Assembly (NCBI GenBank): GCA_951406725.2
Contig: OX597829.1
Span: 11,904,001 to 11,968,000, forward strand
Direction of reading: 5' to 3'
Source of the DNA: Octopus vulgaris
Taxonomy: Eukaryota
Length of the DNA stretch: 64,000 nucleotides
The notes beneath the pieces were generated by a model that worked only from the letters and a program-made list of their open reading frames with translations, searched no databases and was not told the origin of the DNA. Of this stretch, positions 12,931 to 24,639 are shown piece by piece. The stretch's first letter is position 1, and the number at the start of each line of letters is the position of its first letter. Position numbers and translations under genes: made by a program.

Positions 12931-14241
12931 CTCCGCAAGATCTAGGGTGCGGAAAGTCAGCTTCGGCGTATGCGGACGACATCACCATCATCGTTTCCCG
13001 AGTCGAGCACCTACAGTGGGTGGGTGAGGCCTTAAGGGACTACGAAGCGGTGGCAGGAGCGAAAGTCAACCGGGATAAATCGGTCGGCTTGCAACTCGGC
13101 ACCTGGAGGGGCAAGTCGATGTCTTCCGACAACGTCGTAGGACGTTGGACGGAAGGACCGGTGAAAATGCTTGGAATCTGGTTAGGTCCAGATCTCCAGA
13201 TAGAGAACTGGAGCGAGGTGGCGAAAAAGGTAGCTCTCCTAACTCAGACCTGGTCTGAGCGGAAGCTGTCCTTGAAAGGGAGGGAGGAGGTTGCAGAGGT
13301 GTTTATCGCCTCTGTAATCACTTACCGCCTGACCGTCGTGCCTTGCCCCGATTCGTGGCTGAACAAACTGGAACGCATGCTCTTTCGCTCTTTGTGGAGG
13401 GGCAGCAGACCTCTTGTAAGGCGCTCTATTTGCTGCCAAAAGCCGCTGAAGGGTGGGTTAGGGATGCCGTGGCTAAAAATGCGCAGACATGCGCTCAGGC
13501 TTAGGCACCTCTGGATTTACCTGGCAGTGTTACAGAAGAGCTGGCCTGGCAGTGTTACAGAAGAGCTTTACCGGTTCGAGATAAGCTCTTTAGACATGAG
13601 TGTGCACTTTCGCCGGTTTGTGCAAGATGTGAGAGGGACAGTGAAACTGTCCTGCACGCGATTGTGCAATGCCCCAAGATGACTGAACTCTGGGCTTATG
13701 TAGAACACCTGTTGTCGCATTCGAGAAGAGTACAACTGTCGAACGAATCTGTAATTAAGATAGTTCCGCCGACCTCCCTGAATAGGGAGGAGCGAGCCTG
13801 TTTTCTTTCGGTAGTTGCTATGGCGAAAGAAGTAGTGTGGAAGACGAGAGTAAAAGGAATTGCAACAGGCATGTTTATCTCCAGTCTCGAGCTAATCGAC
13901 TTTTTCGTTTTCCACATGAAACGGAAAATAAGGCTGGAGAAGAAATGCCTGTCGCAAAGTGTGTTTCGTAACAGATGGAAGTCTATAGGAAATATGTTGC
14001 GAGTGAAAGAACCTGTTTAATCGGGAATGTAGAAAAGGAGAAAGCAAAGTCTTCAGTGTGAGTATGTGGTTTGTGGGGTCGACCGCGTCCTCCGCTTCAT
14101 TTTTTGTTAATCACTCATTCTCATTTAATTGTATATATTTTAATTGTTTGTTTATTCATATGTTTCGTCTCATTCGATACCCTGACCCCAACGTTTGTTT
14201 TGTACCCTCTTTTTCTCAACCTTATGGTGAATAAAGAAATA
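12931..14241 (+). mobile_element. Tx1-clade LINE family 1, 5'-truncated copy flanked on both sides by (CT)n
   Basis: RT motif SAYADDITII, KLSLKGR, PLKGGLGMP; same 3' UTR and AATAAAGAAATA end as 11195; internal deletion plus 20-bp duplication at ~13520-13570. Confidence 0.92.
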
Positions 14242-14530
14242 CTCTATCTCACCCTCTCTCTCACACTCGCTCACTATCTCTCACTTTCTCTCTCTATCAC
14301 TCTCTCTCTGATTCTCTCTCTCACTCTCTCTCACTCTCTCGCTCTCACTCTCTCTCTCTCACACTCTCTCTCTCTCAATTTCTAACTCACACTCTCTCTC
14401 TCCTCACTCTCTCTCTCTCACTCTTTCTCATTCATTCTCGCTTTCACTCACTCTCCTTCTCTCTCACTCTCTATCTCACTCTCTTTCTCTCACACACACA
14501 CTCTCTCTCCCCCCCTCTCTCTCTGTCTCT
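14242..14530. repeat. (CT)n/(CTCA)n microsatellite between two Tx1 copies
   Basis: Seen directly in the sequence. Confidence 0.95.
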
Positions 14531-14659
14531 CTCGGTCGGACTCTTATCGGTCGTGTTATTCTTTGCTCCGCAGTGAAAGATTGTTTTTGTGCTGAAAATT
14601 GTGAAAATTTGCTGTTTTGGTCGGCGAGACCACTTCTCTTCTGCTGTTGAAACAGAGTA

Positions 14660-15993
14660 TTGCCGTTGTTTCCCCCTTGTTTCAAGGGGGAAGCGGCGAA
14701 AGACATGAATTTGTCACCAATTTCTTCCGAGTCCAAGGAAATCTTTGAAAATTTGTTTGAAGGCATAAAGGCGAATATGTGGGAGGAGGGCGGTAAAGAT
14801 ATAGAGGCGAATATGTGGGAGGAGGAAGGTAAAGGCATAGAGGCGAATATGAGGGAGGAGAAAGGTAAAGGTATAGAGGCGTCGCACGCGCTCGTTACAA
14901 AGGCAGACAACAAAATGTCTAGCGAGGAAAAGTCAAAAATTAATTTTGCGAGTGCAGCAACTCGCCCCTGTGAAAATATAGTCATAAACAAAGAAGATTT
15001 AAATAAATTCCAAGGACTACTAAAAAAAGAAGGTGATAATGTGAAGTTGCTCCCTCCCAGTGAATTAATTTACGCGACGGAGAGAAAAACTGATATATAA
15101 AACATATGTAAAAACTAAAAAAAATTGATTTCGTACCGAGGAAAGCGATAGAAAAATGATTGAGGCCGATATGGCAACAAACAAGCTATATAACGAGGGG
15201 TAGTCGCTTCGGCACTGTAGAGGTGCGTTTCCCTAGCGAAGAAAAAGCTAGGGAAAATTCAACAATGACATTGAAGTCGGAAGAAGTAGTTCTCCTGCCG
15301 ACTTACATAGGAAAGAGAACTTCAAAAATCACGGTCACTGATATACCACCCGAAATAGATGTGGCCTGGATGATAGCCGCTATTCTCATAGGCAAAGAAG
15401 AAGAAAGTTCAATTCTTCAATCTAAGAGATACCACCACATGAACTGGGTTGGACAAGATTTAGAGCTTGTCATCCAAGCAAACCCCTCAGACTTAGAAAA
15501 AATGCCCAGTTCCCTTACAATTGGAGAAAATACCAGCCTGATGGTGATAGTCGAGGGGAGAAAGCCCAGATGTTACAAATGTGGCGAGAAAGGTCACATA
15601 AGGTCGAGCTGTAAGAAGAAGACAGCCAAAGGAAACGCAACAGAAGAGGCAAGCACGACGCCGAAGACAACGACCACACCACTAGAAATAGCAGCCACGT
15701 CGTGCACACCAATTGCCGACAGCGGGAGAAAACAACAACAACAACAACAACCAGGAGTGGGTCACCGTGGAACCTTCAAAAAGATGGAAACGGAAAAACC
15801 CACTCTCTTCGGATACACAGGACTATGCTCCAAGACAGACAAGCACACCCACACCCACAAATACAGTCGCAAACACACACGTAGCCAAAAAACACACACA
15901 CTGGAAAAGGCACACACAAACACACATACACCTACCACAAGCACACACACCTACAAACACCGACGCTTCTACAAGAACACACACACCCCCACA

Positions 15994-16042
<49 letters not shown>

Positions 16043-16062
16043 ACCACAATCGCCTAATATAA
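14660..16062 (+). pseudogene. Tx1 ORF1 (gag-like, CCHC zinc knuckle), interrupted
   Basis: RGSRFGTVEVRF and CYKCGEKGHIRSSC; stop and frameshift near 15100-15160 and a frameshift near 15710. Confidence 0.85.
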
Positions 16063-16399
16063 AAAAGAGAAACACCTTCACGGCGATGAACAAAAATAAT
16101 AAACTATTAAGAGACCAAATTGTTTTAATGAAATCGGCGAAAAAATATATCGCAACAGATGTAAATAGTATTATTCTTGAAAATGTCGAATTTTATACCA
16201 TTTCGAACTAAAAAAATCTTTTGCGGAGGACGTCGGCCCGTTACAGATGAACTTTTCGAGCTATCTCTACAGACAATTCGCGAAAAAAAAAATGACCTCG
16301 CAAACCACAACGCTCACAGACAGAAAAGAGGAGGGTGAAACTACACCCTCTCTCCCGTTAAAACAATAAGTTTTAAACATTCGACTAATTTTTCACATT

Positions 16400-18930
16400 C
16401 TCGTTTAAACTCGGTTGTTTAAATATTCGCGGCCTGGGGTCGTATTGGAAGCAAGGCTGCCTACATCGTTTGGATGTAGTGGTAATTACCGAATCCAGAC
16501 TGAGTGGGCTGCAGGCTTTTTAACCCCTTCTAAACGGCTACGAGAAATACGTTTCTCCCTGTCGACCTGGAGGGGGCGGAGGAGTGGCAGTGCTGATCAG
16601 AATAAACCTGGATTTAGAGATTAGAACTGTCTTTATAGATCCGGAAGGCAGGTTAGTCGTTTTGGATGTGACGGATAGCAGTGGTAAAGTGTTCAGGCTG
16701 GTCACTGTCTATGCTCCCTGCGAAGGAAAAAGCCGAGCAGAAAGATTACTTCAAAAGCCTAGAGAATTTTATCGGCACGTCGAACACGTTAGTATTGCTA
16801 GGTGACTTCAATATAATTTGCGATGCACACGTAGATTATGCTGGCTCGAGAAAGAATAGGAGGGGATTACTTCACCTCAACGATCTGCTAAGTCGTTTCG
16901 AGTTGGCAGATCGATTAAGACTGGACAACCCAGACGTTCCAGCGTGGTCCTGGGCAAGAAACGACGGGTCGTCCAGATAGAATAGAATCATAACTACAAG
17001 GAAAGATAAGAAAATACTTAGCTGTCCACAACACCATATCGTCAGCTACAGCGGTCACAAATTAGTGACCTGTACGCTCGATATAGATAGCATGTGTAGA
17101 CGAGGTACCGGTTACTGGAAGCTAAAAAAAAGTCACTATTGGGCTGTGAAGCCTACAGGAATCGGATGAAACAATTAGTAATGTTGGCGTTAACCGGATC
17201 CATTATCAACAACAAATGGTGGTACGCCCTGAAAAGAGCTATCAAATTTGAGTCAATTAGGTTTAGCAAAGAACTAGCTAGTGCTAGAAACAAAGTAGAA
17301 AAGGAACTAGTTAAGGCAATAGATGAGGCAATGGGGTCAGTCAGTGCATCGAAAGTGTTAGCGGCGAGGTTGGCACTCAACCAACATCTCAAAGCTAAAC
17401 ATGAAGGGTGCATTGTCAGGGCTAAGATCCGTGCAATGAGACAGGAAGGGATCAACGCAGCCGGATGGGCCCGGGTGGTAGAGTGCCAGCGTGGCAACAA
17501 CTCAACCATTCGATCTTTGACGGACCCAAATGGTCGATCAGTAAACGAACCCGTGGAGATGTGCAAGGTGCTTCACGATCATTTCGCCCAGCTATTCGGG
17601 AGGATCGGCGGACTGGAGCGCGGGGAGAAGCTCGCAGACTTCCTAGCCGGTTCGCCACGTCTATCGAGGCCAGATGCGGAATCTTGTGAGGAACCGATCA
17701 CAGCCAAGGAAGTCGAGGATGTGTTGGCAGACTGTGGCGGGGACAAATCGCCGGGACTCGATGGTCTGCCTCACGAACTCTATAGTAGCATGCCAGACTT
17801 GTTTGAGCACCAACTTGCATGCGTGTACACCAACTGGCAGCAGAACGGGAGAATTCCTAAGTTTGTGAGCCGAGGGGTGGTAGCGCTGTTAAGAAAGGAT
17901 CCAAACAAGGGGGATTCCATTGATAATTTTCGGCCCATCACTCTGCTTAACGCAGAGTTGAAGATTTTGGCCAAGGTCTTAGCAAAAAGGTTGGCGCGGG
18001 TCGTGGGTGAACTTGTTGGCGAGGCGCAAACTTGCGCCATCTCTGGAAGGAGCATCCACGACAATCTCCACTCTCTACGCTATGCCTTAGAAAACGTAAA
18101 TAGGATTCCTGGCAAGGGTGGGGCTGTGGTCCATTTGGACCAATCGAAAGCGTTCGATAAGGTGGACCATCAGTATCTGGCGGCGGTCCTCGCGGCGGCT
18201 GGCTTCGGCCCGACCTTCCGCGAATGGATCAACGCTTTATACAGCAATATCGAATCGGTAGTTCGGGTGAACAGTTTCTTTTCGGAGCCGTTCCGCATTG
18301 AACGTTCAGTACGTCAAAAGTGCCCTCTCTCCCCGCTTCTCTACGTTTTGGCCCTTAAGCCGTTGCTGAGGAGGTTGGAAACTATGAGGTGCACTCCGCG
18401 AGATCTAGGGTGCGGAAAGTCAGCTTCGGCGTATGCGGACGACATCACCGTCATCGTATCCCGAGTCGAGCACCTACAGAGGGTGGGTAAGGCCATAAGG
18501 GATTACCAAGCGGTGGCAGGAGCGAAAGTCAACCGGGATAAATCGGTCGGCTTGCAACTCGGCACCTGGAGGGGCAAGTCGATGTCTTCCGACAACGTTG
18601 GACGGAAGGGCCGGTGAAAATGCTTGGAATCTGGTTAGGTCCAGATCTCCAGATAGAGAAGAATTGGAGCGAGGTAGCGAGAAAGATGGCTCTCCTAACT
18701 CAGACCTGGTCTGAGCGGAAGCTGTCCTTGAAAGGGAGGGCGAAGGTTGCAGAGGTGTTTATCGCCTCTGTAATCACTTACCGCCTGACCGTCGTGCCTT
18801 GCCCCGATTCGTGGCTGAACAAGCTGGAACGCATGCTCTTTCGATTTTTGTGGAGGGGCAGCAGACCTCTTGTAAGGCGCTCTATTTGCTGCCAAAAGCC
18901 GCTGAAGGGTGGGTTAGGGATGCCGTGGCT
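16400..18930 (+). pseudogene. Tx1 ORF2 (APE endonuclease plus reverse transcriptase), frameshifted
   Basis: DPEGRLVVLD, TVYAP, LLGDFN, GYWKL, KSPGLDGLPHELY, NFRPITLLNAELKILAK, LDQSKAFDKVDH, VRQKCPLSPLLY, AYADDIT. Confidence 0.92.
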
Positions 18931-19129
18931 TTATTCAGATATTTTATTAGCTGCTTCAATTGCAGAGGAATAACTTATTGGATGAAAAAGTTATCTGTGA
19001 CCTGACTACTTTTCAAACTTTCTCAACTATGCTTTCTCAATATGATGATGCAATACTTTCACTCTCAATATGATGATGCAATACTTACAATATAATGAAG
19101 TCAAACAGATAGTGAGAAATCGAGAAATT

Positions 19130-21198
19130 AGAAATTACTCATTTTATCCCGGTTACTAATTTTGCCAACCAAAGTGTTTTGGATCTAGTGCTAAGCAATC
19201 ATGCTAACACTATCCATAATATCACAGTGGAAAGAACGCCCTGTCCGATTTGTAACCTCAATCTTCAGCATCCAAAGATATGGCATAACACAAGTGCACC
19301 CATTTGATAACATGAATTTACACAAGTCAAACTGGAGTGCGATCACTCAAGACTTATGGCAAATGGACTGGTCCTTCGCTCTTGCACAAACGCATGGCAA
19401 CTATTTGAGGGCACAGTCACCCTCATATGCTCAAAACACACACCCTCACGACTCATAAATAACAGGCTATGCAGGATTCTAAAACATAGAAAAGCGCTCA
19501 TCAGGAGAATAAGAAGAATAAACCGAAAAATCAATACACTAAAATACCACCATCGGCATCACCTCCAATCGAGAACATTAACAGCTGCAGGACTGTATAA
19601 GAACCGTCATAAACGACCGAGGAGCTCCAGAGAATAATCCTAAAGTTTTTACTCCTTTGCAAAAACACATAGGACCACAGTTTCCTCTATTGGCCCAATG
19701 GTTGACGGAAGCGGTATCCTTCACAGCGATGTCAAAGACATGGCTGACATTCTGCAAAGTCAATACTGCTCTGTTTACAGTGACCTAATTCAGTTGACTC
19801 AAGCTGCTTTGCTTCTTTGAATTCTCAACATGTCGTTTCCGACATAACCTTCAGCACTACTGACATCTCAACAAGCAATAAAAGAAATCAAACCTGATTC
19901 AGCAGTGGGTCCTGACAGGTTCCCTGCTAGAGTGCTGAAGGAATGCAGAGAGCAACTTGCGGCTCCTCTTGCAAATCTCTGGAGGAAATCACTGGATACC
20001 GGTCTTATCCCTCAAAAACCTTCTCTCCCAGTCAGTCGTTCCTATCTTTAAAAAGGGAATAAAACGCTTCAAGTAAGCTACCGTCCAATCTTACTCACCT
20101 CATATATCATTAAAGTATGTGAGAGACTGTTGAGATCAAGAATAACAGACTTCCTAGAGCAAAATCATATTCTAAATTGTAACCCGCATGGCTTTCGTGG
20201 TGGGAAGGACAGCTTCTCCACCATTTTGATGACATCTTAAATGCACTGAGGGCTCCAACGACGATGTCATATCAAGGCCTTTGACAGAGTCGACAACAAT
20301 ATACTGTTAAGGAAACTATCCAATGCTACTTCAATGGATTAGGTATTTCCTAACAAACAGGACCCAGTTGATGGCATCCACTCAAGACCAGCAAAAGTCG
20401 TCAGCTGAGCCCGGCAGGGTAGTGTGCTGGGTCCACTTCTTTTTAAGAGGGCACATTCCAACAACCATATACACTACCATCGGGAAACCTACTTGAACCG
20501 TCGGATAATATCAGAGACATAGGTGTAACTGTCGACAGCAACCTAAGCTGGAGTGTGCACATCAACAAAAAATGTTGCTCGCAGAATGTACTCATGGATC
20601 CTCAGAACTTTTCAATCTAGGGATCATGAAATCATCCTTCTCTTCACATTCACTAGGCCCCCACCTCAAATACTACTGTCCATTGTGGACCCCTAAAAAA
20701 AAGACAAGACATAATGAACATCAATCACTAAAAAAATAAATGGAATGAAGGGACTTGATTTGAAACAGCTGAAATCCTATTCCCTTCCACGCCGCCGTGA
20801 GCGATACATTATTTGCACCATGTGGAAAATATTCCGCCAATATTATCCAAATTATATCGGTATTGTGTCTACAATTCACCCTAGTGCAATGTGTCCCCTA
20901 CAAGAGTAAAGATCACATCACATAAGATCATTGCGACATAGTTTCTTCACTGCAAATGGTCCTGTTCTTTTCAATGTTATCCCAAAAGAAATTAATGTTA
21001 AAAAGACCTCACAACTTTCAAACAGTACTTGGACAAATTCCTCTAGAAAGTACCGGACAAACCACCTACACCTAGACACGTCTCAGCCAATAACAACTTT
21101 CTGCTTGGTATCCGAAATAATTAATTAAAACACTCTTCTACGTGGTGCTATTGAGTTAGTCATGGCCTGGGCCGATAATGGCCGAAACCAATCTAAAT
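19130..21198 (+). mobile_element. Degenerate CR1/L2-group LINE (RT region and 3' end)
   Basis: Pieces SAVGPDRFPARVLKEC, PLANLWRKSLDTG, VVPIFKKG, HGFRGG, KAFDRVD, QGSVLGPLL and RDIGVTVDSNLSW; 3' end GGTGCTATT..GTTAG..ATGGCCTGG..GGCCGAAAC before (TA)n. Confidence 0.8.
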
Positions 21199-21220
21199 TA
21201 TATATATATATATATATATA

Positions 21221-21726
21221 TCTATATATATAAAACTCTAGTTGTGTGAGTGTCTGTCCCCTTCGATTTAGATTCCTAACTCCTCCCACATTTTGCGGTG
21301 CAGTTTAACCAAATTCGGGTATCTTATAGTCGTGATTCATATCGAGCCCGTCTGACTATTAGCGCGCGTCAACGATGAGTCTACGATTTTAAAAATAATT
21401 TAACATCATTTTTTATTCCATTTTAATGCATAAAATGCATCGTATGTCGATGGCGGCGGAGTTGGCGTCCACGCTCACAGCTGCACCTGTTTGCTTCTCC
21501 CCCTTCCCTCCCTCGTGAAGCTGTGGGGAAGGGAGTGTAAAGAAATCAACGTCGTAATGCGTTGTGAAGGAAACCAGCGTTCTTTTAGAACAACGACTTC
21601 ATGGCTTGAAGACACCAAAACAAAAATGGCTAAGAAAGCCCGAATTTATAAGGGAAGTAACTCTCTAAAAATGCTTATATAGTTATTTCCCTTACAAACC
21701 CGAGCAACGCCGGGCGATACTGCTAG
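21221..21726 (+). mobile_element. Non-autonomous Helitron inserted in (TA)n
   Basis: 5' TC (TCTATATATATAAAAC) after an A; subterminal hairpin CCCG-A-GCAACGC-CGGG (21699-21714); CTAG 3' end followed by T. Confidence 0.8.
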
Positions 21727-21911
21727 TATATATATATATATATATATATAGTTATCGCCATACTAATATGGCATTCTTATAAAAATAAGAAAAAAGCTGT
21801 CCGCTTATTAGCTCCATGAGGCCATCGCCTTAAGTTAGCTATTTGATACACAAACTGTATCCATATAACCTTCGAACAATGGAGGTCAGTCGCTCCACAC
21901 TACTTGACCGG

Positions 21912-21962
21912 CAGCTACAGACGCGTTTCGGAGTATTGCCCCTTTTCAATGCAGCGTAGCCA
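21912..21962 (-). ncRNA. Minimal type-I hammerhead ribozyme motif (U3-A8 core variant)
   Basis: Reverse complement of the 22453-22502 motif. Confidence 0.65.
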
Positions 21963-22452
21963 GCCAGTAGGTGTCGCTTCCGACAATCTCTGTTCGATGG
22001 TTTTATTTACCTAGTTTCGGTGGAATACATTCACTTGTTTTCAATAATAGAAATATTAAAATTACTAAGTCTCTCTAAAAGAGAACAGCGGCAGCGTTCC
22101 CGGAAAATAATAGTTATCGCCATACTAATATGGCATTCTTATAAAAATAAGAAAAAAGCTGTCCGCTTATTAGCTCCATGAGGCCATCGCCTTAAGTTAG
22201 CTATTTGATACACAAACTGTATCCATATAACCTTCGAACAAGGGAGGTCAGTCGCTCCACACTACTTGACCGGCAGCTACAGATATTAGTATGGCGATAA
22301 CTATTATTTTCCGGGAACGCTGCCGCTGTTCTCTTTTAGAGAGACTTAGTAATTTTAATATTTCTATTATTGAAAACAAGTGAATGTATTCCACCGAAAC
22401 TAGGTAAATAAAACCATCGAACAGAGATTGTCGGAAGCAACACCTACTGGCT

Positions 22453-22502
22453 GGCTACGCTGCATTGAAAAGGGGCAATACTCCGAAACGCGTCTGTAGC
22501 TG
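22453..22502 (+). ncRNA. Minimal type-I hammerhead ribozyme motif (U3-A8 core variant)
   Basis: ggctac..tgca-TTGAAAA-GGGG-caata-CTCC-GAAA-CGCG-TC^-tgtagc; palindromic ACGCGT in place of stem III; GUC cleavage triplet. Confidence 0.65.
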
Positions 22503-22749
22503 CCGGTCAAGTAGTGTGGAGCGACTGACCTCCCTTGTTCGAAGGTTATATGGATACAGTTTGTGTATCAAATAGCTAACTTAAGGCGATGGCCTCATGG
22601 AGCTAATAAGCGGACAGCTTTTTTCTTATTTTTATAAGAATGCCATATTAGTATGGCGATAACTATTATTTTCCGGGAACGCTGCCGCTGTTCTCTTTTA
22701 GAGAGACTTAGTAATTTTAATATTTCTATTATATATATATATATATAGT

Positions 22750-23731
22750 TTATTTAAAAGCAGCAGAAATATAACAAAAGCTGTTACTCAGAGTTTTACG
22801 TTCCCGTTCGTCGGACAGGTTTTGTTAAAATGGAACAGAAATAACGATATAATCAAAACTAGTTAAAGGATACACTTTTAAAAATGGATTTGTTTCATTG
22901 GTCCTTTCAATTGACGTAATATGTTACACATATTCCGTCACCTATCTCTCTTTCTTTTTTCTTTCTTTCGCAAAGTATCATTTCTCTCCCTATTCGTTAC
23001 TTTGAAAGCGTCCTTAAACAATGCGTTCCTCTTCTGCCGCCTTTACCGCTTTCTTTCGCTAGGATTCTTCTTATTTTCTTTTTCTTCCCCCCTCCCTACG
23101 TTTAAGATATACTTCTTGCCTAACTTGTCTGTTATAACTGACTTCTATATGTATACACCAAGAGATTTTCGTACACGGGTATGGTTGCGTGCATATGTGT
23201 ATATGTGTACTTGTGCGTATATTCATATCTTACATTTATATGCCTGTATATGTATGTAACTATGTGCATGCATCTGTGTATTTTGATGTATATATGTATA
23301 TTATAGATTGTCTAGTGTGGGTATATACTGTTGTAAAATATTTATGTAATGCAGCGTGAAAATTTTAATTTATTAATCGACTTATATTTCGTATATAATT
23401 ATTTACAATATGTATTTTAAATCCACTCTTCGATTTAAGGTTTTCCTCGATTTTTATAATAGGATGAATTTATATTGAATTCATTTATTTTGTTCATTGC
23501 ATGCTTAAGACCGTTAATTGAAACGCCCAATGAAATAAATCCTTTTTTTAAAGGTGTATCCTTCAACTAGTTTTGATTATATCGCTATTACTATTCCATG
23601 TTAACAAAACTGTTCGACGATCGGGAACGTGAAACTCTAACAGCTTTTGTTATATTTCTGCTGTTTTTAAATAAAGCATATTACTCTACCTCTGGTATTT
23701 GAGTACTCTTTTTTCCACCTTGTTTCACTCC

Positions 23732-23732
<1 letters not shown>
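22750..23732. mobile_element. Penelope-like relic with ~170-bp inverted arms, each carrying a degenerate hammerhead
   Basis: 22750-22917 and 23512-23676 are diverged reverse complements. Motifs at 22773-22826 (minus) and 23601-23652 (plus) give consensus AACAAAACCTGT-CCGAYGA-ACG-GGAA-CGT-GAAA-CTCWGAG-TA-ACAGSTTTTGTT. Confidence 0.7.
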
Positions 23733-23813
<81 letters not shown>

Positions 23814-23974
23814 GATGGTTTGTTGCCAACTTAATGATGCAGTCCCAGGAGAGGGAAGAATGCTACTGCTACTTAGCCCAGTAAACAGCGTTTCCAATTG
23901 GCTATGTGACACAGGCGTACTATCTCGTTATGTCTTCAAACAGGGGAGACAAGCACCTCCACCCAGCAAACCCA

Positions 23975-24023
23975 GTACCCAGAGACTAGTTTCAGAGTCA
24001 TCGCTCTTCATCAGTGTGGAGTA
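23975..24023 (-). ncRNA. Minimal type-I hammerhead ribozyme with canonical core
   Basis: tactccaca-CTGATGA-AGAG-cgatga-CTCT-GAAA-CTAG-TC^-tctgggta; palindromic ACTAGT. Confidence 0.78.
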
Positions 24024-24591
24024 GCTTGGTTTGCTAACTGTCGAAAACATATAGAATTCACTGAACTACAAACTTAGAAATATTGCATTTCTAAATATCA
24101 CAGAGAGATTTAGGCAGTAGCAGCACGGTAAAGTGATGGTTTGTTGCCAAGTTAATGTGGCAGTCCCAGGAAATGGAAGAATGCTACTGCTATTTAGCCC
24201 CAGAAAACACCGTTTCTAGTTGGCCATGACACATTTTCTGTGTCGTTATGTTTTCAAACAGTGGAGACAAGCATCTCTACCCAGCAAAGCCAGCATCCAG
24301 AGACTAGTTACTGTCATTGCTCTTCACCAGTCTGGAGTAGCTTGGTTTGCTAGCTGTCGATGATTATTCACCTTTGAAAACATATGGACACAGTACGCTT
24401 GTGTCGCTTAGCCAACTAGGAACAGTTAACTGGGGCAACAAACCATCACTTTACCGTGCTGCTACTGTATAAGTCTCTCTGAGAGATTTAGAAATGCAAT
24501 ATTTCTAATTTTGTAGATCGGTGAATTTATTTCACTTGAAATTTTGTATGTTTTCAAAGGCAAATAAACATCGGCAGCTAACTAACCAAGC

Positions 24592-24639
24592 TATTCCAGA
24601 CTGGTGAAGAGCAATGACTCTGAAACTAGTCTGTGGATA
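24592..24639 (+). ncRNA. Hammerhead motif copy with A6>G
   Basis: tattccaga-CTGGTGA-AGAG-caatga-CTCT-GAAA-CTAG-TC-tgtggata. Confidence 0.6.

Larger units (their letters stand above)
14531..18930 (+). mobile_element. Tx1-clade LINE family 1, 5'-complete and 3'-truncated, with disrupted ORF1 and ORF2
   Basis: ORF1 pieces 14660-15100 and 15160-16062; APE endonuclease pieces ~16400-17100; RT 17139-18930; homology to the 13440 region stops at ATGCCGTGGCT (~18930). Confidence 0.93.
21751..22732. mobile_element. Tandem plus inverted array of a 362-bp non-coding unit carrying a hammerhead (retrozyme or Penelope pLTR type)
   Basis: Left arm 21751-22282 has period 362; right arm 22283-22732 is the reverse complement with the same period; only ~2 differences seen between copies; flanked by (TA)n. 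Confidence 0.88.

Noticed and set aside
21165-21192. GGCC-stem-GAAAC at CR1-like 3' ends (also ~27940-27965) as a hammerhead
   Set aside because: No CUGANGA equivalent; better explained as a LINE 3' stem-loop.
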